A model generated the notes under the pieces. It was not told where the DNA came from. It made no database searches and worked only from the letters and a program-made list of their open reading frames with translations. From a virus (Duplodnaviria > Caudoviricetes): DNA of 64,000 nt. The stretch is taken from positions 15,518 through 79,517 of IMG/VR virus record IMGVR_UViG_3300023105_001349. The stretch is one strand, 5' to 3'. This document shows positions 12,001-19,349 of the stretch, one piece after another. The translations under genes and the position numbers were made by a program. How positions within the stretch are numbered: position 1 is the stretch's first letter; every line of letters starts with the position of its first letter.

Positions 12001-14775
12001 GCAACAAGAACTTATAGTATTGGTGCTTCTCCAATTAAGAAAGAAAACTTATTTGTTAAAGTGGGATCAACTATTTTAACAAGTGATGATTATGTAATTG
12101 ACTATAACAGTGAAACAGTTACATTTGATACCGCACCAACCTTAGGACAAAGAATAAACATTATTTCAGTAGGGATGAGTGCTTCAAATATATTAGATAT
12201 TGACACATATACTGGCGACGGCACTACAGTTGAATTCCTTTCAAATGCAAGATACCAAGATAGTGCAGAAGCATTTGTTACAGTGAACGGTAAGGTAGTA
12301 AATGTATCTTTACTAGAAGCAGACGAAACGTATGCATATCCAGGTAACTTTATTGTTAAATTACCGTCACCTCCGTTTACAGATGCAAACATTAAAGTTC
12401 TTATTGCAGAAGAAGGACTAACAAATGTAGGATATAGTCAAGTTACTATTGATTCTATTGTAGCAGATGGTAGTACTACAAACTTTGCACTAAGTCAAGC
12501 ACCTTTTGAGCAAGAACCATTAAGAACAAATATGCTTGTTAAAGTTAATGACAAAGTATTACATGCTGGTTACAATGAAACATTTGATGTAACATCTACT
12601 AGACAATATCAGTTAGACTTAACTCAGGTACCTATTGCAAGTGTTAACGCATATGATGTTGAAGTTTATCTGAATGGAAGAAGATTAACTTACTTGCAAG
12701 AATGGACATTTGAAGGTGCAAGTGCATATGATAGCACATTGCCGCCATCGGGTCAAGCAGGTAGTACAGTTACACTTGAATTAGGTATTGGCGAAGCGGG
12801 TGATAAACTTGAAGTTTACATCATTAGTGATGCAGAATACAATTTAGGTTACTATGATAATAATAATGATTTCCAAAGAACACCTGGAACAATATATCTA
12901 ACTTCTGCTTACAATGATAACGATATTATTACAGTGTATCAGTTTAGTAATCATGATAGTCAGGGCATTGAACGTCAAAAAATACAAGTTACTGAAAAAA
13001 CAGAATTAGAAGTAGGCACCGAAGATTACTATGCATTTAGAAGATGGCAGCGTGGACTGTTTGATTTAAGATCACCTGCGTTATCTGCAGAGTTTGTTTG
13101 GGTAATACAAAATGGACAACTGTTAATGCCTAGTGTTGATTACTCGTTAACAACCAACAAACTAACTGTGAAATTACTTCAACAACCTGCTGAAGATGAT
13201 GTAATTGAACTTATACATTTTGCAAACGGTGTTGTTGTAGATCAGTTTGGTTGGAGACAATTTAAAGACATTCTAAACAGAACACATTACAAGCGTCTAG
13301 AAGAAAGTTATGAACTTGCTGAAGAATTATTGTATTACGATAAAATTATTAAAGTTGTAGATGCAACTAATTTGCCTAGCCCAGCATTTGATGCAAAATA
13401 TCCAGGTGTTATATTCATCAACGGAGAACGTATTGAATACTTTGTTAAAGACGGCAATGAATTAAAACAACTCCGCAGAGGAACATTAGGAACTAGTATT
13501 AAAACCTCATACGAAGCAGGAACAACTTTTGTTTCTGGTAATGTTGATACAACTGTTCCGTACAAAGACGAAGAAGAAACTGTCACGGTTACAAGTAGTG
13601 GTTACAGTATAGCATCAACTATATATGAGGATAGCGCAGGCGTTACAGTAGATAAGTTTACATACGACTTTAACAATAACACTGCTTTCCCATTAGGCGG
13701 ACAGTTGACAACTATTATTGGTACAGAATTTGAAACTAATGTTAACGTTCTTGTAGGAGATACCGAACCAACAGTAACTTTACCAGCAAATGATATTTTA
13801 ACAAGTTCTTATATTAGAGTAAAACCACCGTTTTACTTCCAACCAAATAGTTGGAACAAAACTCTAATTGATGGCAAAGTTATAAGATTTACAGGAACTC
13901 CATTTGGTGGATTACTACCTGATACAGATTACTATGTAGTTGATGTAGTAAAAGCATCAACACTCGATAGTAGTGCAGCAGCAAACGAAGTTGCTATTGC
14001 AGTAAGTACAACACAAGGCGGAACAGCAGAAGTATTAACACCAGGTAACGGCATAATGAATGTTGTTTATAACAGCAGTACATACGTAAGTGATACAGAA
14101 GTATTGTTTATTACTCCGTTGTTGCCTGTAGGTGCTTATGACCTAGTAGTTGTAAATCCTGCAACATCAGTACCAATTGATAGAGCGCAAACTAGTGTTG
14201 TTGTACCAGGCGCAGTGATTTATGTACAAATTTTATTACCGTATGCTCCAATACCAAACCCAAGAACTGCAACAGGATGGTATAAAGAGCAAGCAGAGAT
14301 ACCAGTAAGTGAAATTGTTCCGGGTAGAGGCTATGTTATTGCTTCTCAGGGCACAACAACATTTACAAATTATGGTTCACCAAACAATGCTATTGGAACA
14401 GAGTTTATTGCTACAAGCATTCCAGCAGGAACGGGCACAGTATTAGACTTTACAAGTATTCCATTAGAGTATTGGGAAGCACAAGACATTGAAGTATTTG
14501 TTGCAGGACGTAGATTGCGTAAATCACCAATAAGTGTTTACAATTACGATGCGCAAGATAGTCCAGAAGGCGACATTACAGTAGAAGCAGAGTTTGCAGT
14601 AAACAAAAACGTGGGTGCGTATGTACGTTTAACATCGCCTCCACCGGCTGGAACACAGGTAACAATCGTTAAAAGGATTGGTACTTTATGGTCAGAACCG
14701 GGCATTGCGTTATCTAAATCAGAAAATGACATTGCTAAGTTCTTACAAGCGAAGACAACTGAGTTACCACGATAA
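1..14775 (+). CDS. Giant virion structural protein (baseplate/tail-associated), 5'-truncated, at least 4,924 aa
   Basis: Frame 1 is open from base 1 (EFDTEGFDRLPYSQ...) through the GTG at 304 to TAA at 14773-14775, so the ORF-track start is not the real start. It contains FG-GAP/beta-propeller-like repeats (FGSSLALSADGRYLAVGSP; FGDKVSISPDGTLIAVSEP), CBM5/12-like W/Y-x4-Y-x2-G/D repeats, GSGY..AP.V repeats and repeated GDG.T..F.L beta domains. It is followed by structural genes. Confidence 0.85.
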   Translation, partial: EFDTEGFDRLPYSQAIGYPAKKDYITISRTSQDGNLWSKYNRWFHKSVIEQSASINNQPSELDQSQRATRPIIEFEANLKLFDFGTRVKLNVDLVDDFTTDVFSTIEGSKGYNVDGVDLTNGMRVLFTADPDSLVNGKIYEVKFITILNDRQITLQETEDSAPQQFETVLCKDGDTYKGKMLFYTGTKWKLAQDKTDVNQAPLFDLFDKDGYSLSDETVYDSSSFKGTKLFSYKTGTGTNDTELGFPLSYRSIENVGDVTFNFNLITDSVDYVLDTEETSISTSVAYLRKYNSLTDFNPVNGWIKSDNLSSQVIIRQFVVDNTRTVYPIDVYNRSGLLNDLWVKVFVNNKVLFEGVDYTLSSNNEDILEITFTTDLELDDVILIKTRSTALKNDNGFYEIANSLERNPLNKDMQDFTLGEVNDHVGTIIDEIDMFSGVYPGISNLRDAGPISQFGKRFVKHSSPINLAMYHLLNKESNLVKSLKYSRREYGKFKRTFLQTAHDLGFSGSVKKHVDAIIKEINKNKTSKMPFYFSDMVPAGASVVNSVTVEDVDNQFFALSKVFTLETLSDAAVQVYQNEVQLIHGKDYTFNDQGFVIITTTKQRGDTITIYEYETTNGSFVPPTPTKLGLYPKYEPTMYVDDTYLEPQTVIQGHDGSIMIAFGDFRDDLILELEKRIFNNIKVRYDTDLFNLFDFIPSEGRNTVLTKEQIDETMLSDFAQWLQLVDEDYTANPAYERTNTFTFNHQGMSDPSGNNVTGYWRAVYKWAYDTDRPHTHPWEMLGFTIKPTWWDEQYGEAPYTSNNLLMWEDIESGIIRIPDQPVTVNEQFLRPFLTSHLPVDESGNLVSPVISGYIRNYDTTELDFNFVYGDHGPVENAWRRSSEYPFALLTSLFINQPNYVLGTAWDRSRQSRNIAGQLVYNDQTQLRLDNLVFPNNVTDKSRTYTSGLVNYIYDYMASSVSTSYNLYVDSVKSINNQMAFKIAGFTNKDKFKLILDSRTPTNQGNVFVPEENYQIFLNTSTPVTTIDYSGVIVEKQEYGFVVRGYNGQRPYFYYHKPYEITNDPYINVGGISANFLLWDSRKAYTQDSIVEYQNSYYRVTEAHTSGTDFDSTKFAKIPSVPLTGGRDAFFRTSFDKTPVKVPYGTVYETIQEVVDFILGYSDYLVDQGFVFDYYDTNEQYVSDWKTSAKEFMFWTTQNWGAGAVITLSPAASQLKFISEYAVVDDVFDTFYGYSLFKADGKKLESEFASLTRENPAEFILRPKNTEDGIFAVRLALVQKEHAVLIDNKTVFNDIIFDQEPGYRQERIKVLGYRTGDWDGSLNIPGFIFDNAKITEWESWKDYAIGDLVKYKEFYYSARNKVPGVEVFNDSDWVRLDEKPSMGLIPNFEYKTNQFADFYDLDTDNFDLEQQKFAQHLIGYQNRDYLANIINDDVSQYKFYQGMIQDKGTKNALSKLFDVLSSSDKDSLEFFEEWAVKAGQYGASEGFEEVEYLIDEANMRLSPQTIELVNNTTGQETDLVYRIKPFETYLKPAGYNHAPWPSKYVEDTYTKNSGFVNRDDVDFVVSTYDSILNIDYSTCNFNDTIWVGNDGLTWNVYSHIRTDYIVEDVEEGGKLNLNTTDIDISVGDIIGVTETNFAEGFYKVTEILGNTVTIDRTTEATDTSISGRITKLVNVRVSDLESANTLVQSIPEGITKLWVDKSVNDRWAVIEQVSSFAEHDVVSNEIGEQAASYGIAVASNSANNVLVVGAPDDEDGKVYVYTRAGGAGKFKLSNVIEPDDNQADDFEGFGSSLALSADGRYLAVGSPNASNVRTTFLGDYVSTQDYAQGSIVKYQNNLWKALVAIEGAEANIQFGSNDSVPEILTSLGLTESFDEKIPVLLTGNYPFTNINNVDHIVVKAPADMYEGSGVGDTLRLKWNLITNANQDVAKYTEVQPFAGDIGLINNNYLTGNFTIAAKIDSILYVPSSTTVPLVGQVVEVVGGFGNVEYVYEDEVEGSATIYVSGQNGTFGLSGSLTTSIGEFVGEYTTVAPAETVNNSEAFWGGYWKLDLGTTYNVGTINSDEGRGLAYVDIVPNGTADPNRDWYSIFDTKPSEAIATNAVYSNNKLFSELTKLSYDGQPGPGGVIGEQLSNQFVLRVPKGLSDVLNVVAAGNTNNSTVNVFYNPMPQWELSEWEPNTVYRAGDIVRYVTAEYDNIYWEVTARHQSATSFLQFDTSTEDPTDLIYDIDFYRPLDQLPFDNPEDIGLNLNDINKKHTIYDVWDGYIDFDITKTLNDVPIEPKAGIEVRDVTNRGTALVTHYQRTGISSGRIYVKNVSGTWAAGALFGENREIEFLADGSGDTLYDPGSGSRIFGQIQSRAFELPAAGIGKMIVLTRSADIPVTDEQTILEGEYFVYQEELVDGIARPANIPSEANNDWQTMFNLPVTAGTTESGLTNEGYYTVYQRTGVGQFAKLGAFSSADRQDNAKLGAELSFAKINDLYKLFIKEEGNGTLTNNGRLYIVNNGTEGDYQYGWELSTDKKYKGAYDNTRSYSEDDVVFFNNRLYQAITNMSAGVFNSNNWTEIEDPRDYTGYIPNDTGLALSGNTLLDQTDMLEFAKSFDISANGEVIVASVVNDTQPNLVVVYRNLNGLYYKSQEIQAPDNINGFGDKVSISPDGTLIAVSEPYNDALGTDTGKVYIYKQVSGSFTLSQELRSPDTQRAEMFGIDIDFDGNTLVVGCRQGDAFVETTFDQFGDGTTFDSEFTKFRTVNEDSGNVRIFERLGDTLVYGQTIDFDDSGVRFFGRNITLNNGHIYAGLPSLQYSGARQGTVVDFRRTEGSIWNELRVGKETVDVDKIKRVIMYDTKTNELLQYLDYVDVLQGKVPGPAEQELSFKTYYDPATYSFASSGQNLDVTNAWASEQVGKLWWDLTNAKFINPYQDSVIYSANNWNKLFSTTNSIDIYEWVESKYLPSEWDEKSGTDKGLAQGITGTSLYGDDAYSTKRVYDEATRTFSVYYYFWVANKSTVPSIEGRSLSAVNIRDLIADPAAQGYRFVSFISPTQFALYNCDSLVKGNDIAFSVQYWTIDNQTQNIHNQYQILSEGLASSRPSTDIERKWFDSLIGFDTQNRSVPAPELSAKEKYGILNKPRQGWFVNRIEAFKQVVDRINNVLATELIVDEKDISNLTKKEAQPLLTSNVYDRTVDRYSDLQFVGVAKARQAVLTPVITDGVITRVDITDTGRGYLRPPTVEIFGAGKDAEVKTEIDAQGRITNVTVTKGGKYYDSNTRLTVRKYTVLVIADETIADRWSLYERDVVNSTWVRVGSQSYNVNNYWYYQDWWEEGYSQFTQIDQVIDYSYELEGLDNAYGDVVKINNVGSGGWLLLEKIDTQTGVDYTVNYKTIGRQNGTIQIAEALYDPTKNLVGYDTTSFDIKQFDGIPSTESRIVLETIRDKLFTDDLAVEYNKLFFASLRYVFAEQSYVDWAFKTSFIKAKHNVGELTQKLNFQNDNLPSYEEYIKEVKPYKSKIREYLSSYENTDNSQSMISDFDLPPRYIENSDEITPQRIKVIDSQLVNTDANIDVYPYKNWADNAGFEVSHINIADAGSGYTNAPQVIISGGGGSGAKAVASIGTGGKVTSITVTNPGSGYLSAPRISFNGSITAGGSEVKANAVINNTVVRTLTTAIKFDRVSGTYEFIDLATTEEFAGTGNKNVFNLLWPMNLRTDKVTVYVDGDEVLGGNYTYENVLDQTKGYDRYYGRITFTDSPISGTNIVVEYSKDIALLNAQDRINLAYAPTTEQFGKTLGQLMDGVDYGGVQVRGFEFGGQNGWDTGNWMDDAWDVFDTTYEDYVVTLDGSTNEFNLIDSLGEPKPLEDGITYNVYKNGVRIDDPNYGTPDQTNDNALMLPIVGDGVQTTININDYDITGNDGDTFIIRKITSDGAFLPDPDVYDTALEGGNLQYQTATGLRSEDITVDGDGFVTHTTSKGPEEVVPGQVLDTLDITVYERPTVGSSQIESRNYIGNGATRTYSIGASPIKKENLFVKVGSTILTSDDYVIDYNSETVTFDTAPTLGQRINIISVGMSASNILDIDTYTGDGTTVEFLSNARYQDSAEAFVTVNGKVVNVSLLEADETYAYPGNFIVKLPSPPFTDANIKVLIAEEGLTNVGYSQVTIDSIVADGSTTNFALSQAPFEQEPLRTNMLVKVNDKVLHAGYNETFDVTSTRQYQLDLTQVPIASVNAYDVEVYLNGRRLTYLQEWTFEGASAYDSTLPPSGQAGSTVTLELGIGEAGDKLEVYIISDAEYNLGYYDNNNDFQRTPGTIYLTSAYNDNDIITVYQFSNHDSQGIERQKIQVTEKTELEVGTEDYYAFRRWQRGLFDLRSPALSAEFVWVIQNGQLLMPSVDYSLTTNKLTVKLLQQPAEDDVIELIHFANGVVVDQFGWRQFKDILNRTHYKRLEESYELAEELLYYDKIIKVVDATNLPSPAFDAKYPGVIFINGERIEYFVKDGNELKQLRRGTLGTSIKTSYEAGTTFVSGNVDTTVPYKDEEETVTVTSSGYSIASTIYEDSAGVTVDKFTYDFNNNTAFPLGGQLTTIIGTEFETNVNVLVGDTEPTVTLPANDILTSSYIRVKPPFYFQPNSWNKTLIDGKVIRFTGTPFGGLLPDTDYYVVDVVKASTLDSSAAANEVAIAVSTTQGGTAEVLTPGNGIMNVVYNSSTYVSDTEVLFITPLLPVGAYDLVVVNPATSVPIDRAQTSVVVPGAVIYVQILLPYAPIPNPRTATGWYKEQAEIPVSEIVPGRGYVIASQGTTTFTNYGSPNNAIGTEFIATSIPAGTGTVLDFTSIPLEYWEAQDIEVFVAGRRLRKSPISVYNYDAQDSPEGDITVEAEFAVNKNVGAYVRLTSPPPAGTQVTIVKRIGTLWSEPGIALSKSENDIAKFLQAKTTELPR

Positions 14776-14778
14776 ATA
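14771..14778 (+). promoter_or_regulatory. T4-late-like promoter box GATAAATA
   Basis: Overlaps the stop of the giant ORF and lies 19 nt before the ATG at 14798, with an AGGA SD in between. Confidence 0.55.
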
Positions 14779-14797
14779 GTGTATAGGAAACAAAAAA

Positions 14798-15412
14798 ATG
14801 GCAGATAACTTAAAAGATCAAAGCGGTGTATTGTTGCAAGGGCATATTAAAATACATAACCCTGAAACTGGGGAAGTGTTAGTTAATAAGCGCAATGCAA
14901 TACACTACGAAAATATGAGTATTTCATTAGCTGAAAGTATCGGTAATGGCGGCACTGGATGGATATATGAAATGAGCCTAGGCAACGGCGGTACGTCAGT
15001 TGATCCTACTGGTATCATTACATATTTGACGCCAAACAGTACAGGTACTAATGCAAGTTTGTACAATCAAACTTACAGCAAAGTGATTGACGATAGAAGT
15101 GTTAATAACGTAGATCCAGTACGTAACAAAATTGAAACAAGACACGTAAGTGGTACTAATTATACAGACATATTAGTTACTTGTTTACTAGATTACGGAG
15201 AACCAAACGGACAAGATGCATTTGATACTGCCACAGATGAAAATAGTTCGTATATCTTCGACGAGTTAGGATTAAGAGCTTATTCAGCTACTGGTACAGG
15301 ACGTTTACTTACACATGTTATCTTCCATCCTGTACAAAAGAGTTTAAACAGACTGATACAAATTGATTATACTGTGCGAGTGCAATCACTTTCAGGCTTT
15401 AACGAGGTGTAA
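14798..15412 (+). CDS. Conserved virion structural protein (204 aa)
   Basis: Clean ORF with SD, located between the giant structural gene and the fibre genes. No catalytic motif recognised. Confidence 0.6.
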   Translation: MADNLKDQSGVLLQGHIKIHNPETGEVLVNKRNAIHYENMSISLAESIGNGGTGWIYEMSLGNGGTSVDPTGIITYLTPNSTGTNASLYNQTYSKVIDDRSVNNVDPVRNKIETRHVSGTNYTDILVTCLLDYGEPNGQDAFDTATDENSSYIFDELGLRAYSATGTGRLLTHVIFHPVQKSLNRLIQIDYTVRVQSLSGFNEV

Positions 15413-15415
15413 TAA

Positions 15416-17446
15416 ATGGCATATACTATTCCTTACACAGACCAAGCAAACAACGGTACAATTACTGTTGAAGATAATACAATTAATACGGAAACTACAC
15501 TACAGTTTCCAGGAAGAAATACTACTTCATACGGTAAAATTGTAGCAACTAACCTTTTACACTTATTAGAAAACTTTGCAAGTGCTACAGAGCCAGCAAG
15601 ACCTACTGAAGGTCAGCTTTGGTACGATACTACACCAAGTGGAGAGCAACTTAAAGTATATGACGGTACTCAATGGGTGCCAGCAGGTGGACTTAATAAG
15701 GGAGCATCAGAACCAAATGTAACAAGTTCTCAACGAGGCGACCTTTGGGTTGACACAGACAACCAACAACTTTACTTAAACTCAGGTTCAGGTTGGGTAT
15801 TAGTTGGACCTACGTTTAGCGATGGTCTTTCAACAGGTGTTACACCATTAAATGTTACTGGTACAGACAATGCAGAATACACTGTAGTACAAGTTGAAGT
15901 AAATGCTCAACCAGTTGCACTAATTAGCACAAGTGCATTTAGTCCTAAAACTACTATTCCTGGTTTTGAAGCTGGCTTAAAACCTGGCTTTAATCTAAGT
16001 ACAAGAAATATTACTGGCAACGGCGTTGCAAAATATTACGGTACTGCTGAAAAAGCAGAAAATCTTGTAGTAAACAATGCAACAGTTCCAGCAGGTAACT
16101 TCTTAAGAAGTGATGTCACTAGTACAACACTATTTCCTTTAAACGTACAAAACAATACAGGTGTTACTATTGGTACTGACGCTGCACTAAACGTTGCAGT
16201 TGAAGGTCAGGCAGGTATTATTCAACAAAACATTGAAGGTTCAAACATTGACTTAAGAACTAGAAGCCAAGGTAGAACTAGAACAGTATTAAGAGTTGAT
16301 GCTTCACAACGTATTGGTGTAAACACGCAAGCACCAGACGAAGCATTAGATGTTGTAGGTAATATACAAACTAATTCTTCATTGTTTATTAATGGTACTA
16401 CAGAAAGCTCTACAATTAGCACAGGTAGTTTAATAACTAAAGGCGGCGTTGGCGTTGCAAAAAGTGTTAATATTGGCGGAGAGTTACAAGTAAATGACGT
16501 TACTACACTAGCAAACACTATTCCAGATGGTAACAACACAAGAGATTTAGGTGCAGCAGCATCTAAATGGCAAAACATTTATGCTACTACGTTTGTCGGT
16601 AACTTGACTGGTAACGTAAACGGTACAGTTTCGGGCGTTGCTGGTAGTGCTAACAAACTAACATCAGGTAGTACATTTAGAATTAGTGGTGACGTAACAG
16701 CAGATGACGTTGTATTTGACGGACAAACTGGCGGCACACTAAAAATATTTAATACAGAAATTAGTAACGCAATTATTTCTTCAAAAGAACTTACAAACGT
16801 TACACAAATTGATGATGAAATTTTAATTAACAGAACTACAGGTAACCAAGGACTATACAGAACTTCAAGAAGAACGTTGTTAAGTGCTGTTCCGGTAAAC
16901 CCACCAGGTGTGTTACTTCCATATGCAGGTACTTCTGCACCAACTGGTTGGTTGTTATGTGATGGTTCAGAATACAGAATTTCAGAATACACAGTTTTAT
17001 TCCAAGCAATTGGTTACGCATTTGGTGCAAGAACTACAGTAACAAGTGGATTCTTTAAAGTACCTGATATGAGAGGCAGATTGCCACTAGGTGCAGATAA
17101 CATTGGCGGCCTAAGTGCAAATACTGTAACAGCAGACTACGCAGACGGTATTGGACAAATTGGCGGTTCGGAAACAAAAACTATTAATGTAGAAAATTTA
17201 CCAGAGCACAAGCACAATTTAAGTGGTGACTCCGGTGACCAGTACTTTGCAATACGTGACGTTAGTGGTACACCTAGAGATAACGAAGCGATTGTATATG
17301 ATGCTCCAACAGGGTTAGGTAACGGACAAGCACTTCCAAATAGTGGTGCTATTATTAGTGAAGACGATGTAGGACAACCTATTAATGCAATGAACCCAAC
17401 ACTAACACTTAATTACATTATCTATACTGGGAGGACGATAACCTAA
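15416..17446 (+). CDS. Tail fibre/baseplate-anchored protein 1 with C-terminal phage tail-collar domain
   Basis: N-terminal module shared with three downstream paralogues (LLENFA...P..GQLWYDT). C-terminal collar motif PPGVLLPYAGTSAPTGWLLCDG...FKVPDMRGRLPLG. Confidence 0.8.
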   Translation: MAYTIPYTDQANNGTITVEDNTINTETTLQFPGRNTTSYGKIVATNLLHLLENFASATEPARPTEGQLWYDTTPSGEQLKVYDGTQWVPAGGLNKGASEPNVTSSQRGDLWVDTDNQQLYLNSGSGWVLVGPTFSDGLSTGVTPLNVTGTDNAEYTVVQVEVNAQPVALISTSAFSPKTTIPGFEAGLKPGFNLSTRNITGNGVAKYYGTAEKAENLVVNNATVPAGNFLRSDVTSTTLFPLNVQNNTGVTIGTDAALNVAVEGQAGIIQQNIEGSNIDLRTRSQGRTRTVLRVDASQRIGVNTQAPDEALDVVGNIQTNSSLFINGTTESSTISTGSLITKGGVGVAKSVNIGGELQVNDVTTLANTIPDGNNTRDLGAAASKWQNIYATTFVGNLTGNVNGTVSGVAGSANKLTSGSTFRISGDVTADDVVFDGQTGGTLKIFNTEISNAIISSKELTNVTQIDDEILINRTTGNQGLYRTSRRTLLSAVPVNPPGVLLPYAGTSAPTGWLLCDGSEYRISEYTVLFQAIGYAFGARTTVTSGFFKVPDMRGRLPLGADNIGGLSANTVTADYADGIGQIGGSETKTINVENLPEHKHNLSGDSGDQYFAIRDVSGTPRDNEAIVYDAPTGLGNGQALPNSGAIISEDDVGQPINAMNPTLTLNYIIYTGRTIT

Positions 17447-19305
17447 TGAGTTACAAGTTAAACAAAACTGACGGCGAACTACTAGTCGAATTAGCAGACG
17501 GCCAGATAGATACTACTACAACCGATATTACGTTAGTTGGAAGAAACTACAAGGGCTTTGGCGAAAGTGTCAACGAAAACTTTATTAAGATGGTTGAGAA
17601 CTTTGCTAATACCGCTGCCCCAGGTAATCCTCTAGTTGGACAACTTTGGTATGATACTAGCGATCAAAGATTAAAATTATATGACGGCAATTCATTTAGA
17701 ACCGCCGGCGGACCTATTGTAAGTAATTCACAACCAAGTATGGTTGCTGGTGATATTTGGATTGATAACGAAAATAACAAAATGTACTTCTTTGATGGTA
17801 CAGATTTAGTATTAGTTGGTCCAGACTACGATGCAGGGCAAGGACAAACAGGTTTTGAAGTTGCATCAGTAATTGATATTTCAGCACGTGAGCGTGTTAT
17901 TCTTAAGATATGGATGGGCGGAACATTATTTGGTATTATTACTAAAGAAGAATTTCGTTTAAGCGGCGACAATAAAATTCCAGGTTATCCAGATGATCCA
18001 AATGATGTTGTATTTCCAGCAAGACAATTAATCAAAAAAGGTTTTAATTTTGTAGATGATGCTTTTTGGTATCAAGGAACAGCAGCAGATGCAAGATCTC
18101 TTGTAGACGCCGACGGCAACTCATTTACTAGTGCAGACTTTTTACCAACTGGCGCTAATGGTGTTACTACAGGTAGCATAAGAATTAAGAACAGCGCAGG
18201 TTTAAGTGTAGGTATTGGCGATACTGAGTACGGTGTTTTAAAAATTGTAGGTAGTACTACAACATTAGAAACACAACAAAGTAATACTAATATACAACTT
18301 AGAACAAGAACTGGTAACCAGTTTACTACACCTTTATTTGTTAATGCTCAGTACAGTAGATTAGGTATATATCAAACAAATCCTCAGTATACGCTTGACA
18401 TTACTGGAACATTACACGCTACAGGAAGTGCTGTTATTGATGGTGATTTAACTGTTAACGGTAATGCTACATATGTTAATGTTGCAAATATTCAAGTTGA
18501 AGATAAAAACATTGAATTAAACATATCGGGCGGTGTAACAGCAAGCGACGATGCAGGGCTTGATGGCGCAGGACTTATTTTAAAGTCAACCGATAGCGAT
18601 AAATCAATTATTTGGGATAATACACAATCGTCACTAGACATTAGCGAAAATGTTAATTTACCACTTGGTAAAGAATTTAGAATTAATGATCAGCTAGTTT
18701 TAAGCAGAACAGAATTAGGTCCAACAGTTGCTACAGCAAATGGACTAAGCAGTATTGGTACACTTGTACAGTTAAACGTAGACAATGTAAGCATTGATGG
18801 CAACACTATTTCAACTGTAGGAACAGGTTTAATTATTAACCCTGCAGGTAATATTACAGTTAGTAATAGTAGAATTACAGACGTTACTGATCCAGTTAAT
18901 CCGCAAGATGCAGCAACAAAAGAATACGTTGATATACAACTAAGTTCAGAGCCTGTTGTATTAACAATGGATGCTACTGGATTTGTATTACCGTCGGCTG
19001 GTAACCCGTATGATGATGTTAAGGCAGTACTAGAAAGTATTTCGCCAGCAGCAGCAAAACAAAACGGAACACTAGCAAAAATTGCAACAGTGTCATATAG
19101 TAACGTATCTGTTACAGGAATTGACGTACAAGGAGCAATGAACAAGAGTTATTTAAGTGTAATTGCAGAAGATTCAAGTGCAGAATCAGTAGTTCAAGAC
19201 GTGAACTTTGATCCAGTAAGTGGTACTGCAAACTTTACACCGACACGAACAGTTATGACATTTGAAGTACAAGGCGGGGCTTGGGCTTGGGTAAGTACAG
19301 TGTAA
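17446..19305 (+). CDS. Tail fibre/baseplate-anchored protein 2
   Basis: Same N-terminal module (VGRNYKGFGESVNENFIKMVENFA...GQLWYDT). G/T/N-rich beta-strand body. Start overlaps the upstream stop (TAATG). Confidence 0.75.
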   Translation: MSYKLNKTDGELLVELADGQIDTTTTDITLVGRNYKGFGESVNENFIKMVENFANTAAPGNPLVGQLWYDTSDQRLKLYDGNSFRTAGGPIVSNSQPSMVAGDIWIDNENNKMYFFDGTDLVLVGPDYDAGQGQTGFEVASVIDISARERVILKIWMGGTLFGIITKEEFRLSGDNKIPGYPDDPNDVVFPARQLIKKGFNFVDDAFWYQGTAADARSLVDADGNSFTSADFLPTGANGVTTGSIRIKNSAGLSVGIGDTEYGVLKIVGSTTTLETQQSNTNIQLRTRTGNQFTTPLFVNAQYSRLGIYQTNPQYTLDITGTLHATGSAVIDGDLTVNGNATYVNVANIQVEDKNIELNISGGVTASDDAGLDGAGLILKSTDSDKSIIWDNTQSSLDISENVNLPLGKEFRINDQLVLSRTELGPTVATANGLSSIGTLVQLNVDNVSIDGNTISTVGTGLIINPAGNITVSNSRITDVTDPVNPQDAATKEYVDIQLSSEPVVLTMDATGFVLPSAGNPYDDVKAVLESISPAAAKQNGTLAKIATVSYSNVSVTGIDVQGAMNKSYLSVIAEDSSAESVVQDVNFDPVSGTANFTPTRTVMTFEVQGGAWAWVSTV

Positions 19306-19317
19306 TGTCAAAATTGC

Positions 19318-19325
19318 GATAAATA
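19318..19325 (+). promoter_or_regulatory. T4-late-like promoter box GATAAATA
   Basis: Intergenic, 24 nt before the ATG at 19350. Confidence 0.55.
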
Positions 19326-19349
19326 CCATATAGGACACAAGGTTAGCAC

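Noticed and set aside
1830-14732. Short antisense and alternate-frame ORFs inside the giant gene (e.g. 10767..11108, 12102..12392)
   Set aside because: Shadow ORFs from codon bias on the coding strand, with no SD or motifs.
16222-19145. 118-151 aa antisense ORFs within fibre genes 1 and 2
   Set aside because: Mirror frames of G/T/N/V-rich coding sequence with no independent signals.
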